From positions 1 to 54,529 of the forward strand of contig JACPBO010000003.1 in the NCBI GenBank assembly GCA_016180285.1: DNA of 54,529 bases. The letters run 5' to 3'. Origin of the DNA: Candidatus Woesearchaeota archaeon (GTDB taxonomy: Archaea > Nanobdellota > Nanobdellia > Woesearchaeales > JACPBO01). Position 1 is the stretch's first letter, and each line of letters begins with the position of its first letter. Of the stretch, positions 17,075-27,504 are shown piece by piece. Both the position numbers and the translations under genes were made by a program. The notes under the pieces are model-generated. The model was not told the origin of the DNA. It was given only the letters and a program-made list of their open reading frames with translations, and ran no database searches.

Positions 17075-19488
17075 GTGCCGCCAGTGGTTGTTGTGCCTGT
17101 TTCTGCACCTGTAAGCACTACTCCGCTTGATTCGGGTATTGCGTTGCATGTATTGGAGATATCGCCTGATTCAAAGACAATGCAGATTGTATCATAATAA
17201 CTAAAGCTGTACTTTGTGATTATTGCGTCTCCGGTTAGAGAGAATGATTCGCCTTCATTAAGGGATTTTGTTTCGTTAAAGATTGGCTTGTTAAAATTCG
17301 AGCTGCTGACATAAATGTTGAACTTTGTATCATCTTCAACTGCCTTGACATAAGCGGATATTTTATATAAGTACTGGAATGCATTCTGCGTTATGTTTAT
17401 TGTTGCATTTTCAAAAGGAACAGCAGGAGACCTTTCTGCGGATACTGTAGCTGCTGCCTGGAAAACTCCCGGTGCAGTTTCAACCATTGCAACATTTGAC
17501 GGAACTGATTCAATGCTTGACTTGCATATCTCGCTTGTCCAGTATTCTGTGCCTAGATAGGCGCTTGCAAAGAGCTTGTCAACATTCTCTCTCCATTCAT
17601 TCAGCTGATCATCACCCCAGATCAATGATGAGAATCCCGACAACCCGGAGAATTTTGTGAGAGCAAAGTCAAGGCGGCCAAAGAAGTCGCGCACTGCTCT
17701 CTGATTTTGAGCTGTATCTGCTTCTGCCATTATTTCGGCTTTCTTTTTATCATCCCCACAATTGCCTTTACAGTCCGTGGCTTTTCCATTTTCAAAAGTT
17801 ACAACAGCAACACCTGACGGGATAGTGCTAACTCTTCCTGTAGTATCAACAACACCATTCAAATCAATATTATTCAAATTTGCTCCGCTAACATAAAAAT
17901 ACTGCGTTCCAGGAGCTCCGCTGAATATAAGGTTAGATGTATCTGCATATATATCGGCATATTTCGTATAACTTATCATTGCAGCAGTTTCAACACCATC
18001 TTCAGTATAATAAGAATAGTCATAATTTATTTTTCCGATTTCTTTGCCTGCGACATCTGTAATTGTCCCTGTATGTGATGTGTGGGTTGTTTTCTTATCA
18101 GGATATTTATCTTTTTCTTTTTGAGTTTTTAATTTATTGTAATCATCAACGCTGATTGAATTGCCTTGAGCATCATAATAGCGGGTCTCGAATATTTCTG
18201 TTATTGAAATATGACTATTTGCATTTGAATTGTCTGTTGTCACTCGCCTTATTGGCGTTGTTCCATCGCTGGCCATAAACGTAACTGTTGATTTCTCATC
18301 AGTTTGACCGCCATGGGTTATAGTTGCTGTTCTTAAATTAGTTCCGTCTTTATTTATTACGCTTAATGTATCAGTACCAGTAGCTGTTACGATATCGCCC
18401 GCCGCCGTATTTACTCCAAGACTGCTATAAACACCAGGAGTCATAGTAGCCATGACCATACTACTGCCTTCCCAGGTCATTATAACAACAGACCCTGCTG
18501 TGAAACTCTTGTCTTTATCATTAAATTTGTAGTTTTCTGTTACTGTTGTGGCGGTTCCATATTTTGTGACTTTTATAACTGTTCCATCATTTGCAACTGG
18601 ATTCCAGTTACTGCCATCATATTGCCAATAGTTTCCATCAGTTGTTTTCATTACAGGCGTTACTCCATCTGAAGAAACATAACCTGCGTCAGAAGCCCCA
18701 ACATGACCAGCCGTAAATGTATTAATGTTTTCAGTTTTTTTAGCTTCTGCGTTTAGAATAGTTGACCTCTCTTTTGCAGCTATTTGTGTAGCATAAACTG
18801 TTGTATCGCCCCCTACTATCATGTAGCCAATAACTTTATTAGCATTATCTTTAACTTCTTTGACATCATAAGTTGGTGATTTCGCTGTTGCGCCTTCAGT
18901 AGTTGTCAAACCAGGTATGTACACGTTTTTATAAGCAGCACTTAATTGCTCATCAGTTAAACCTGAATCATGGTTTGATTTTTTAAAGTCTGCTTCTGAT
19001 ATCAGTGTTGTTGTTTTTACTATTACTGCCTCTGGCGCTACTTGTGTTTGTATATCTGATTTTTCGTTTATCGATTCTGAAGCTGCCTGATAAGTGGGCT
19101 GTAAAAAATTAGCCAACCTAACATCTCCTTTTTTATAGGATTCCCATTCAGACCATCCCGTACCGCCATCAGTACTATATTTTATGTTGTCATTATTGCT
19201 ATATGTACCTGCGTCAGATGTATCCACTAGTTTTTGAACTCCTTCTTTGAAATCTAAGTATTTTAATGTAGTACTATCTGAATACTCTTTGTTATCTTTA
19301 CTGTACAACCATTTTCCGTCAGAACTCCATTTATAATAACCTTCCATATAAGTCCATCCCCTGCCTCCAGTAAACCCAATAGCTGCATCATATCGAATAA
19401 TTATTTTATCAGTCCCGATAACATTACTTAAACTAACCAGCCAGAGTAACAATACAACTGCAACCACCGCCGATATTGTCTTTTTCAT
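17050..19488 (-). CDS. large exported Thr/Gly-rich protein
   Basis: N-terminal hydrophobic signal; 812 aa; Cys-containing C-terminal domain and Thr-rich tail. Confidence 0.8.
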   Translation of the reverse strand: MKKTISAVVAVVLLLWLVSLSNVIGTDKIIIRYDAAIGFTGGRGWTYMEGYYKWSSDGKWLYSKDNKEYSDSTTLKYLDFKEGVQKLVDTSDAGTYSNNDNIKYSTDGGTGWSEWESYKKGDVRLANFLQPTYQAASESINEKSDIQTQVAPEAVIVKTTTLISEADFKKSNHDSGLTDEQLSAAYKNVYIPGLTTTEGATAKSPTYDVKEVKDNANKVIGYMIVGGDTTVYATQIAAKERSTILNAEAKKTENINTFTAGHVGASDAGYVSSDGVTPVMKTTDGNYWQYDGSNWNPVANDGTVIKVTKYGTATTVTENYKFNDKDKSFTAGSVVIMTWEGSSMVMATMTPGVYSSLGVNTAAGDIVTATGTDTLSVINKDGTNLRTATITHGGQTDEKSTVTFMASDGTTPIRRVTTDNSNANSHISITEIFETRYYDAQGNSISVDDYNKLKTQKEKDKYPDKKTTHTSHTGTITDVAGKEIGKINYDYSYYTEDGVETAAMISYTKYADIYADTSNLIFSGAPGTQYFYVSGANLNNIDLNGVVDTTGRVSTIPSGVAVVTFENGKATDCKGNCGDDKKKAEIMAEADTAQNQRAVRDFFGRLDFALTKFSGLSGFSSLIWGDDQLNEWRENVDKLFASAYLGTEYWTSEICKSSIESVPSNVAMVETAPGVFQAAATVSAERSPAVPFENATINITQNAFQYLYKISAYVKAVEDDTKFNIYVSSSNFNKPIFNETKSLNEGESFSLTGDAIITKYSFSYYDTICIVFESGDISNTCNAIPESSGVVLTGAETGTTTTGGTTTSWEDW

Positions 19489-20627
19489 TTTTTTAAGCTA
19501 TACATCGCCCTTCCGATCTCCCTGATTTCGCTTGGTTTAAGTTTTGACAAGTCTATCAAATTTTCAGGTATATCTGGATGCACGTCTTTATAATCTTTGT
19601 TAATGGAGATTATATTTTGAAATCTGTTTCTCAGATTTTGCTCTGTCCTTAAGTATGAAGAGACCATGTTAAGGGCATCAATTGCAACTTCTCTTGTGGC
19701 TATTCCATCATCTTTCTCAAAAGCATAAAAATAAAATAAGGGCATAAATGCAGCAGGCCCCAGTGTTCCATGATGCAACCTAAATCCAATTGCACACAAA
19801 TCTTTTGTCTTATCACCGGTGCCCCTTTCTGATTCATCTATTATGAAGTGATAGACTGCCTCCCATATGTTGTCTTCTATAAACTGATTTGCTACGATAT
19901 TTATAAACTCATCTTTGCCTCTTGCTAGTTTGCTTGTTCTTTCATAAAGTTCCAGAAAGTCTGGTTTTATAAATTCTTTGTAGAAAAGTTCATCAAAACT
20001 CCCTTTTTCTTTCAATAATATGTCAGGCGTGTCTAGCAATGACCATGCTCCATCACCTATCGCCATATAACCGCTTAAATCGTGTACAATGACTCTCTGT
20101 TCAGCATCGTAACAAACGGGAAGTAAGGCTGCTGCATTTGTTTTGGGGCTTCTTAAAATAATGTGAGTGTAGCTGACTAATTTATCTTCAATTGTCAAAC
20201 TCTTTTCTTTTTTCTCTATGATAGTTCCAAAAACAACCTGTGGGCTATCGTTATGTTTTGTTTTAATACGGGTTACAAATAAGTATTCGCCAAAGTCAGC
20301 CAGATACATGTTGATATCTTCTAAGCTCTTTGCATTCATTCCAAGATTATTTGTCGAATATAGCAGGTCTGTAATTATTTCATCATGGCGTTTTGTGCGC
20401 TTTTCGGATATTTCATCAATACTTTCTTTCTGAAGCTCTGCAATTTTTTTTAGCAACTCATCATGCTCCTGCTGATTCATGACATATTTTCTTTGCATTT
20501 CCTGGCCAAGTTTAGTTTTTAATTCTTCCCCCTTCAATGCCGTTGGGACCAAGGATAGAACAATTCCAAAACATAAGGCACTTATGGTCTTTCTTTGCAA
20601 ATTTGATGTTTTTATTGTTTCATTCAT
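19485..20627 (-). CDS. hypothetical protein with N-terminal membrane anchor and coiled coil
   Basis: 380-aa ORF with hydrophobic N-terminal segment; 4-nt overlap with the next gene. Confidence 0.7.
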   Translation of the reverse strand: MNETIKTSNLQRKTISALCFGIVLSLVPTALKGEELKTKLGQEMQRKYVMNQQEHDELLKKIAELQKESIDEISEKRTKRHDEIITDLLYSTNNLGMNAKSLEDINMYLADFGEYLFVTRIKTKHNDSPQVVFGTIIEKKEKSLTIEDKLVSYTHIILRSPKTNAAALLPVCYDAEQRVIVHDLSGYMAIGDGAWSLLDTPDILLKEKGSFDELFYKEFIKPDFLELYERTSKLARGKDEFINIVANQFIEDNIWEAVYHFIIDESERGTGDKTKDLCAIGFRLHHGTLGPAAFMPLFYFYAFEKDDGIATREVAIDALNMVSSYLRTEQNLRNRFQNIISINKDYKDVHPDIPENLIDLSKLKPSEIREIGRAMYSLKK

Positions 20628-20633
20628 TTTATC

Positions 20634-23600
20634 TCAAATCTCCTTGCAATAATCCTTGTCTGTCAGCTTCCATCCTTTGCCAATTGACTTGAAATCTTGT
20701 ATAATATCGCCTATTAATGAAAGTGTGTCAGTTATTGTACAAAACATATAACCTGGGCCTGAAGTTCCGACTAATGGCTTACAATACCACGCTGCAAGTG
20801 TCCCTAATAAACTCAGCGGATCAGACAGCATATCCTTAATCATGCCCATATAATAATCAAACATTGCAGTGTAGGGAAATACCTTAAAGATTTCTCCTAC
20901 AAAATACTTGCATGTTTCCTGGCTTTGGACTGCATCACAAGCGGAAATTGGAATTCCCTGCGGCACTTCATTCTTTAGGCAGTCTATGTACTGGCATTTT
21001 ATCTGCCTGTATTTTTCAAGGTTATATATGATGCCAGGAACGCAGAATGTCAGCATACTCAATACAATGCTGTCTTTAGGATTCATATAGCCTCCAGGGT
21101 CTCTGCCTGTAAATTGCCCTTCATAGCTAAGGGGAGTTTTTCCAGTCCAATCATGAAGAAAATCGCCACCCATTTTTCCAATTATGTTCTCGCTTGTCCA
21201 CTTTTGATATTGTCCAATAATATTTTTATCGCCATAATAAAGATTGCAGGAAACGAATTTGCAAAAGCCATCCAATAGATCCGCCGCGCCTTTTAAACCA
21301 GTTGATGAAATCTCGGTTGTTGCATCAGTTTTTGCCTTTATTATACTGGTGACGCCTATAGGAATAAAAGACAGAGCAGTTGTGATCTTGCCAAGAGCTT
21401 CCAATAGCGCTTTTAACTTTCCGAATGTATACAGCAATCCGCAGATCTTCTCCGCATAATAAAGAAATTTCTTCAATGTGCTTATCCATTTATTGCCCAC
21501 AATCCAGTTGTCTTTTTCTTTCTTTATTTTATCCTCAATGTTCTGCCCGAATTCGCCAAGATCGCTTTTATAGAAATTCACAGCCAAGCTCAGATTCTCA
21601 ACTTCAGGGTAGCCGGCTATTGTATTGCCGACCTGCGACATTATGTTAAGCGAACAGTTATAGGTTAGCTCTGTAAGATTGTCTGCTGTTGCTGCAAACT
21701 GCAGTAAAACATAAGGGTTTGTGCTCTGCTCTGCGTTTATCAGCGAAGGAGTTTCAGACAAATAATTTGTATCGCCAGCGCAGCTTCCCAGCTCCATGCT
21801 AAGAATCTGCGCATCTGGGTTTAAAGCAGTCAAAGGAATGCTGAAGTACATCCTCTGCTCGATAAGGTCCATCACGCCCAAGTCAAGCGCATAAGGCATT
21901 GCCACTACATCTCCGACTTCCCAGTAATTCGGAGAAGTTTCATTGCCAACAGCAAGAATAACAATCGGGTAAGAATAAAGCAATGAATTTCCAAAGGGAT
22001 CTGAAAAATTAAATTTCAAATAAGCTGACAAATAGCCAGATGCAACTGCTGAAGTCTGCCATGAGCAGCTCCATTTTGAGCTTCCTAAATCAACACATGC
22101 GCCCGGCTCAGCTTCCCCTAAGCCGATGCCTGAAAAATTAGCATTTGCATTTAAATCCTTGTCTTCTGTTACATTAACAACAATAGTCAATAAATCCCCT
22201 GATTTTGTATAGTTATGGCTGCCCAAGGCATCATAGGATGATGCAATTATTGAATCAAGCGAAGGCGTTAATAAGTCTGCTTTTACTGTTCCATAAGTAA
22301 GGCCAGTGTAAGCATTGCCTGACCTGTCCTTTAAATCGCCGTAGATCAATATCTTGCCTTCAGCATTGTTTGCGAGCGTTGAAGTTATATTGTACCAATA
22401 GCAATTCCATGTTGATCCGGATACTGTGCAGTTGTTTGATTTTACAGACGCCCCCCCACCAATAGCGCTTAAGTCAAGATAAACAGCATCAATGCCGGAC
22501 TCTGCTTCTGTTATTGTAACCTTCAATGTATTATAGCCGGAAACAACATAGCTCGTGCTGTTATGCATATTGGTTGTCCCAATGAATGTTACATCAGGAG
22601 CAGTATTATCAATCCCAAAAGTATATGTTATCTGCTCTGTCTTTGCATTGCCTGCGCCATCAACTGCTGTTACATTTATGACCTTAGTTGAATTTGCCGT
22701 TACAATCCTGCTGTTCCAATAGCATGTGAATGGCCCTGGCCCAGTGCAGCTGTCTGCTGTAACTGACGCAGCATAGCTTGGATTTATTTTCGACAAGTCA
22801 GCTGAAACAGTTGGAACTGTTCCTGAATCATCATTAACATCAACTGAGATGGTTGCTGAAATTCCTGCAGCAGGGATATAATAAACTGAAACATCATTGC
22901 TTTTTATTGCGAATGATGCTGCGTCAATCGTAGGCGCGCTTAAATCAACAGATAATGTCTTGCATGAAGCAGATGATGAAAAATTAAATTTGTCATAAGC
23001 AGTTATGCAGACTGAAACATCGCTGCTTGCTGCTGCCAGCTGCGAGGAATTAACGCCGAATGCGCCTGAAACAGCGCATAATGATGAATTCAGGATTATT
23101 TTCTGCAAAAACGCATTATTGCCGTAAACATCAATATTGTTTATCCCTGAGCATTTTCCGGAGCATGTTGAATCGGCGCATGCCGTGTCATTTATAGAAT
23201 AAGAAAAAGAAACATTTGCTATTCCGACAGATGTCTGTGCTGCGCCAAAAGAGGAAATAATTGGAACTTGGTTGTCCACTGTTATCTGGGAAGCTTGTGT
23301 TGCCTGCGAAACATTAGCATCATTCCATAAATAAAGCGTTACAGTGTAGCTTTTCGGAGTTATCGGGAATTGTGTGGAAGAGTAGCTGCATTGGAACAGC
23401 CCGCCGCCTACATTAACACAATTTGAAAAATTGTCAGTTCCAAACCTGACCTGATTCGGGGTTATATCAGAATCTCCGTCAAGATCTGCCTGGGCGGTTA
23501 TTAATGTTTTGTCATCTTGTCTTCTATATCCATTAACGCCATCCTTGCCGCTTATTGTATAAACAGAAAAGCTTGTTGCAATTGCATTTGCGCTGTAAAC

Positions 23601-23663
23601 AGGGATGAGAATAATCAAAGCTATCATAAAAAGGGCAATCGAAACAATTTTCTTATTCAACAT
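20634..23663 (-). CDS. large exported Ig-like repeat protein with Cys-rich helical C-terminus
   Basis: Signal peptide; 'DLS.I....C....W.C.W' repeats; DGAGN/DRSGN; C-terminal CVPGI motif shared with the 1985-aa protein. Confidence 0.85.
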   Translation of the reverse strand: MLNKKIVSIALFMIALIILIPVYSANAIATSFSVYTISGKDGVNGYRRQDDKTLITAQADLDGDSDITPNQVRFGTDNFSNCVNVGGGLFQCSYSSTQFPITPKSYTVTLYLWNDANVSQATQASQITVDNQVPIISSFGAAQTSVGIANVSFSYSINDTACADSTCSGKCSGINNIDVYGNNAFLQKIILNSSLCAVSGAFGVNSSQLAAASSDVSVCITAYDKFNFSSSASCKTLSVDLSAPTIDAASFAIKSNDVSVYYIPAAGISATISVDVNDDSGTVPTVSADLSKINPSYAASVTADSCTGPGPFTCYWNSRIVTANSTKVINVTAVDGAGNAKTEQITYTFGIDNTAPDVTFIGTTNMHNSTSYVVSGYNTLKVTITEAESGIDAVYLDLSAIGGGASVKSNNCTVSGSTWNCYWYNITSTLANNAEGKILIYGDLKDRSGNAYTGLTYGTVKADLLTPSLDSIIASSYDALGSHNYTKSGDLLTIVVNVTEDKDLNANANFSGIGLGEAEPGACVDLGSSKWSCSWQTSAVASGYLSAYLKFNFSDPFGNSLLYSYPIVILAVGNETSPNYWEVGDVVAMPYALDLGVMDLIEQRMYFSIPLTALNPDAQILSMELGSCAGDTNYLSETPSLINAEQSTNPYVLLQFAATADNLTELTYNCSLNIMSQVGNTIAGYPEVENLSLAVNFYKSDLGEFGQNIEDKIKKEKDNWIVGNKWISTLKKFLYYAEKICGLLYTFGKLKALLEALGKITTALSFIPIGVTSIIKAKTDATTEISSTGLKGAADLLDGFCKFVSCNLYYGDKNIIGQYQKWTSENIIGKMGGDFLHDWTGKTPLSYEGQFTGRDPGGYMNPKDSIVLSMLTFCVPGIIYNLEKYRQIKCQYIDCLKNEVPQGIPISACDAVQSQETCKYFVGEIFKVFPYTAMFDYYMGMIKDMLSDPLSLLGTLAAWYCKPLVGTSGPGYMFCTITDTLSLIGDIIQDFKSIGKGWKLTDKDYCKEI

Positions 23664-23671
23664 TTTATTTT

Positions 23672-25804
23672 TTACTCCCTGCTGAAAAGCGGCTCTAATT
23701 CAGGCCTTCTGTATTGCGCGCTATAATCAGATGTTTTGCCCATCTGCTCCAGATCCTCAATGTGCCTGAAGCTGTAAGGATCTGCCTGCACTATATAAAA
23801 TGTCACAAGATTGCTGCTGTCAAGCGAAGCAGCATTCACATTCCACAGCCCTGTTTCATTATTGAGCATAAGGCCGCCTGCTGTTACGCCGTCTTCTGCT
23901 TTGAACTTAACTTCAGGGATCGTATATTCAATATCGTCATGAAATAATCCTCCGCTTTCCTTTCTTGTTTCCTTCGGTATTGTTATTGCATCGTATAATA
24001 TATCGTTGACTGTAACTTCATATTTCCCCGGAATCAGGCTTATCTCAAATGTTTCACTGATGTTTTTTCTAAACTCAGATGCCTGCACAAAATCAACATC
24101 ATATGCAGAATTAACTCTGCTGAGCACCAGGCTTGAAATTTCTTTATCCGACAGGCTTAAAGGATTTGTATTCAGCACCCAATCTCCGGCTGCATTTTTC
24201 CTAAGCACTTTCTTCTTTATTGTAAAGTTCAATGTCCTATAAGGCTCCATGGATATTTTAACTGCTTTGTCTTCATTAAGTTTTGTATCCAAAGCAGACA
24301 GAGGAGAGTAATAATTCTCTTTCGCAAATGAAACAAGCCCGCCTGTGCAAATAGGAAACTTTGCATTTAATATTCCGTTCTCATCTGTGCTTCCGATAAA
24401 GCATGCATTTTCACCGCAGCCATAGCTTATCTGGGCATCTTTCAAGGCGGCTTTTGTTTTTGCATCTGTAATATTCATCGTTATATTGCCCGAATTTCTC
24501 TGATTTTGATTGCAGAAAAGCGACTTGCCAACATCTTCCTGTTTTTGCGCCGTATAGCTTTCGTTGAATGCTGCATTATTTCTTATATTCGCTTCAAGAG
24601 CTATCCAGAAAGTATAGCCTCTTTTATTCAGGTCATTCGGGCTTTTGATTTCAACAACAACAGGGTAAGAAACATCATAGTAGAACTCATACTGCTGCAT
24701 TCCGAAATTGAAGCTTTTAAAGCTGGTTGATGCTGATGCCGGAGTTATAAGCTCGCCTTCGCTGTTTATGTCAAAGTAAATCGGCCAGCCAAGGTAATTG
24801 AATCTGAATGAAAGGCCATTTGAAATTTCAGGAAGCACAACTTTATTGTAAAGCGCATCCTGATAGCCGCTGCCTGTTGTTATTCTTTTATAAGCCAGTG
24901 ATTTATTGACCTGCATTAAAGGAATATAAGCCATTAGAATTCCTTCGATCTTGTTTTTTGTTTCTGTTTTTGTCCAATATGTGCTTGGGCCAAAATCAAA
25001 CCTGTACTCAGATATTGTAGGAAGCTTTGACCTGTCAACATCTGAGAACGCTGAAATAAGATTCATCGTGTATCTCTCAAGATATCCGAAAACAGGCTCC
25101 ATCAATGCCAAATTCATCGCAGCATCATAAACATTTTTTAAATTTACAGGGACTTTGGCATTAAAATGCTGCATTGCATTTGTTGTTTGCTTCTTGATTG
25201 TAAGAGGGTAATCAACTGCGATAATGACCTGGTCTGTTATCAGCACTTTTGCATCTGCATTGGCAGTCGGCGTTATTGTAAATTCCGGGCTGAATGTTTT
25301 GTAATTATTTAGGCATTTTGGGAGTTCCCTGTTCACATATCTTTCAATCTGGGCTTTTATTGAAGTGCTGCCTTCCTCAAGAGGAGGAATCTTGCCAAAG
25401 CTGAATCGGCAGTTGCCGGAGCATGCATTCGGAGAGGTCATATAATACCAGTAAGGGATCTTGAAATTGCTGCCAGGAGAAAAGGCAACTGCATCTGATT
25501 CTGTCGGGTTGTTTGTCATTATGAAATATTGCGTATTAAGCAAATAAGAATCATCTAAGCTGATATAGCCGCCATGCTTTCCTATTTCCACAACAGCCTC
25601 TTCACCCAGCTTTGCAATGCACGATTCAGTGAATGTCCTTATTGGCTCAAGCTCTGCAGGAATCTGGTCTATAGTCGGCTTGAATTCTTGTTTTTTTTGT
25701 CCGACAAAAATAAGAATCCCTGCTGCAATGACGATGATCAGGCCGATTATTATAAATACTGTTATCTGGGCCTTTCTGCCTGAAAAACCTCTTTTAATGG
25801 GCAT
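23672..25804 (-). CDS. large class III signal peptide (pilin-like) protein
   Basis: RKA-QITVFIIIGLIIVI N-terminus; shares PYWYY and YDVSYPV with 11156..13186. Confidence 0.8.
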   Translation of the reverse strand: MPIKRGFSGRKAQITVFIIIGLIIVIAAGILIFVGQKKQEFKPTIDQIPAELEPIRTFTESCIAKLGEEAVVEIGKHGGYISLDDSYLLNTQYFIMTNNPTESDAVAFSPGSNFKIPYWYYMTSPNACSGNCRFSFGKIPPLEEGSTSIKAQIERYVNRELPKCLNNYKTFSPEFTITPTANADAKVLITDQVIIAVDYPLTIKKQTTNAMQHFNAKVPVNLKNVYDAAMNLALMEPVFGYLERYTMNLISAFSDVDRSKLPTISEYRFDFGPSTYWTKTETKNKIEGILMAYIPLMQVNKSLAYKRITTGSGYQDALYNKVVLPEISNGLSFRFNYLGWPIYFDINSEGELITPASASTSFKSFNFGMQQYEFYYDVSYPVVVEIKSPNDLNKRGYTFWIALEANIRNNAAFNESYTAQKQEDVGKSLFCNQNQRNSGNITMNITDAKTKAALKDAQISYGCGENACFIGSTDENGILNAKFPICTGGLVSFAKENYYSPLSALDTKLNEDKAVKISMEPYRTLNFTIKKKVLRKNAAGDWVLNTNPLSLSDKEISSLVLSRVNSAYDVDFVQASEFRKNISETFEISLIPGKYEVTVNDILYDAITIPKETRKESGGLFHDDIEYTIPEVKFKAEDGVTAGGLMLNNETGLWNVNAASLDSSNLVTFYIVQADPYSFRHIEDLEQMGKTSDYSAQYRRPELEPLFSRE

Positions 25805-25948
25805 TTTTAGTATTAGCGATAACCTTTAAGATCACTATATATAGTTTTCGGTTTTGGCTGGCTTTGATTTTCGTCACCAATATGCGGCGATGAAAAATGG
25901 AAAAGTATAAAAAGAAGTCAAATTAAGCAAAATAGAGGTGGGGTTTGA

Positions 25949-27496
25949 TTGGCTAAAGTCAGTAAAAAAATATCTGAGAGTTTAAGTGAATATCTTGTTT
26001 TACCAGACTGGGTTAAGTGTAAACCTGCTGATGTTTCTCTGCAAACTAAACTTGGCGATTCTATTGAGTTGCAATATCCCTATATGACTGCAAGGATGCA
26101 GTGTGTTGTTGGCCCAGATATGGCTGTGGCGGCTGGAAGAAATGGCATATTAACTATGATTCCAAAAAGTTTGAGAGATGAAGACAAACAGGCAATTCTA
26201 GATGAAAACAAAAATGCACGTCTGCAGAAAGGCGACGTAGAATTTCAGGAAAACCCCGTGGTTGCGATGTACGACTCAACACTCGAAGATGTCATAAAGC
26301 AAGTTAACAGAACAGGACATTCCGTTATTCCAATCGTGGATAGAAAATCGAAGATATATGGGGTTTATATTCATGATCCTGATAAGCCTGCAGTTCCGCC
26401 ATCTACTCCAATAAAAGAAGTAATGATTCCATTACGAAAGAGTTGCTCTAGAGGCATCCCGCATTTGGTAAACGGCGAAAATAAATGCAAGATAAAAGAG
26501 ATTATTTCGAGAGAGGACAAAAAATTCCTCCCCATAGTAGATGTAGTAAAGGGAGATAAGATTCTAAATAAAATAGCTTTCTTGCAAAAATATGACACTA
26601 ATTTTATCGGCATGTCAATAACGACAGGAAAAGATTGTAAAAAAGAAATTGAAAAATGGGGACCTTATGTTGATACTCTAACAATAGACTCTTCAAATGC
26701 TTGCTTCGATGATGCCATTAAAATTCTTAAATATGCTAAGAAGAGATTTCCCGACAAGCCATTCGGCGTAGGCAATATCGTTCAAGGAAAACATTTTCTA
26801 ATATTTGCTGAGGCAGGCGCTGACTACATTTTTGGCGGCATGGGTGTGGGCTCTATTTGCAGAACAGGCAGCAAAAGAGGAAATGGCCGCGGCCAGTTTA
26901 CTGTAGCAGAAGAACTTGCAGAAGCTAGAGACCGCTATTACAAAGACAAAAGAAGATATGTTCAGCTTGTAATTGATGGCGGCATTAAAACAGTTCTGGA
27001 CATGACAGTTGCCCTTGCTTTTGCTGATTTCATTATGATGGGCAATTATTTCAACAGGTTTTATGAGGCTGCGGGAAATAAACTTGGCGAAGATAAAAAT
27101 CTTACTTCTGAAGAAAATAGCATAAAGTATGTTGAAACATGGGGGGAAGGTCATCCAAAAGCTTGGCTTTTGGGTATGGCGGGGATGGGTTATGCAGAAG
27201 CTTATGATAAAACTAAGCTAAAAAACATTTCAAAGGCAGTAGAAAGATATTTGCATTCAAGCTTTGCAAGCTCAACAATTGAAGGAGTTACAGGTGTTGT
27301 AAAATACAAAGGTAGGTTGAAGCCTTGTGTAGAGTATGGCGCCCGCTATATAAGAACAACAATTGCAAATGCAGAAGCAGCAAATTTGGAAGAGTTTAGG
27401 CAATTGGCAGTGGTAGAGAAGGCCTCAAGAAAAACATTAGAAGATATGTATCCTCATGATATTTTATATGAAGATAAAGAAGAAAAAGAAACTTAA
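25949..27496 (+). CDS. guaB: IMP dehydrogenase-family enzyme with CBS pair
   Basis: Catalytic loop GMGVGSICRT, IDGGI, MMGNYF, WGEG; TTG start after GAGGTG SD. Confidence 0.85.
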   Translation: MAKVSKKISESLSEYLVLPDWVKCKPADVSLQTKLGDSIELQYPYMTARMQCVVGPDMAVAAGRNGILTMIPKSLRDEDKQAILDENKNARLQKGDVEFQENPVVAMYDSTLEDVIKQVNRTGHSVIPIVDRKSKIYGVYIHDPDKPAVPPSTPIKEVMIPLRKSCSRGIPHLVNGENKCKIKEIISREDKKFLPIVDVVKGDKILNKIAFLQKYDTNFIGMSITTGKDCKKEIEKWGPYVDTLTIDSSNACFDDAIKILKYAKKRFPDKPFGVGNIVQGKHFLIFAEAGADYIFGGMGVGSICRTGSKRGNGRGQFTVAEELAEARDRYYKDKRRYVQLVIDGGIKTVLDMTVALAFADFIMMGNYFNRFYEAAGNKLGEDKNLTSEENSIKYVETWGEGHPKAWLLGMAGMGYAEAYDKTKLKNISKAVERYLHSSFASSTIEGVTGVVKYKGRLKPCVEYGARYIRTTIANAEAANLEEFRQLAVVEKASRKTLEDMYPHDILYEDKEEKET

Positions 27497-27504
27497 AATT
27501 AAAA

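Noticed and set aside
5202..25804. Provirus or diversity-generating retroelement explaining the large genes
   Set aside because: No capsid, terminase, integrase or reverse transcriptase, and no template/variable repeat pair was seen.
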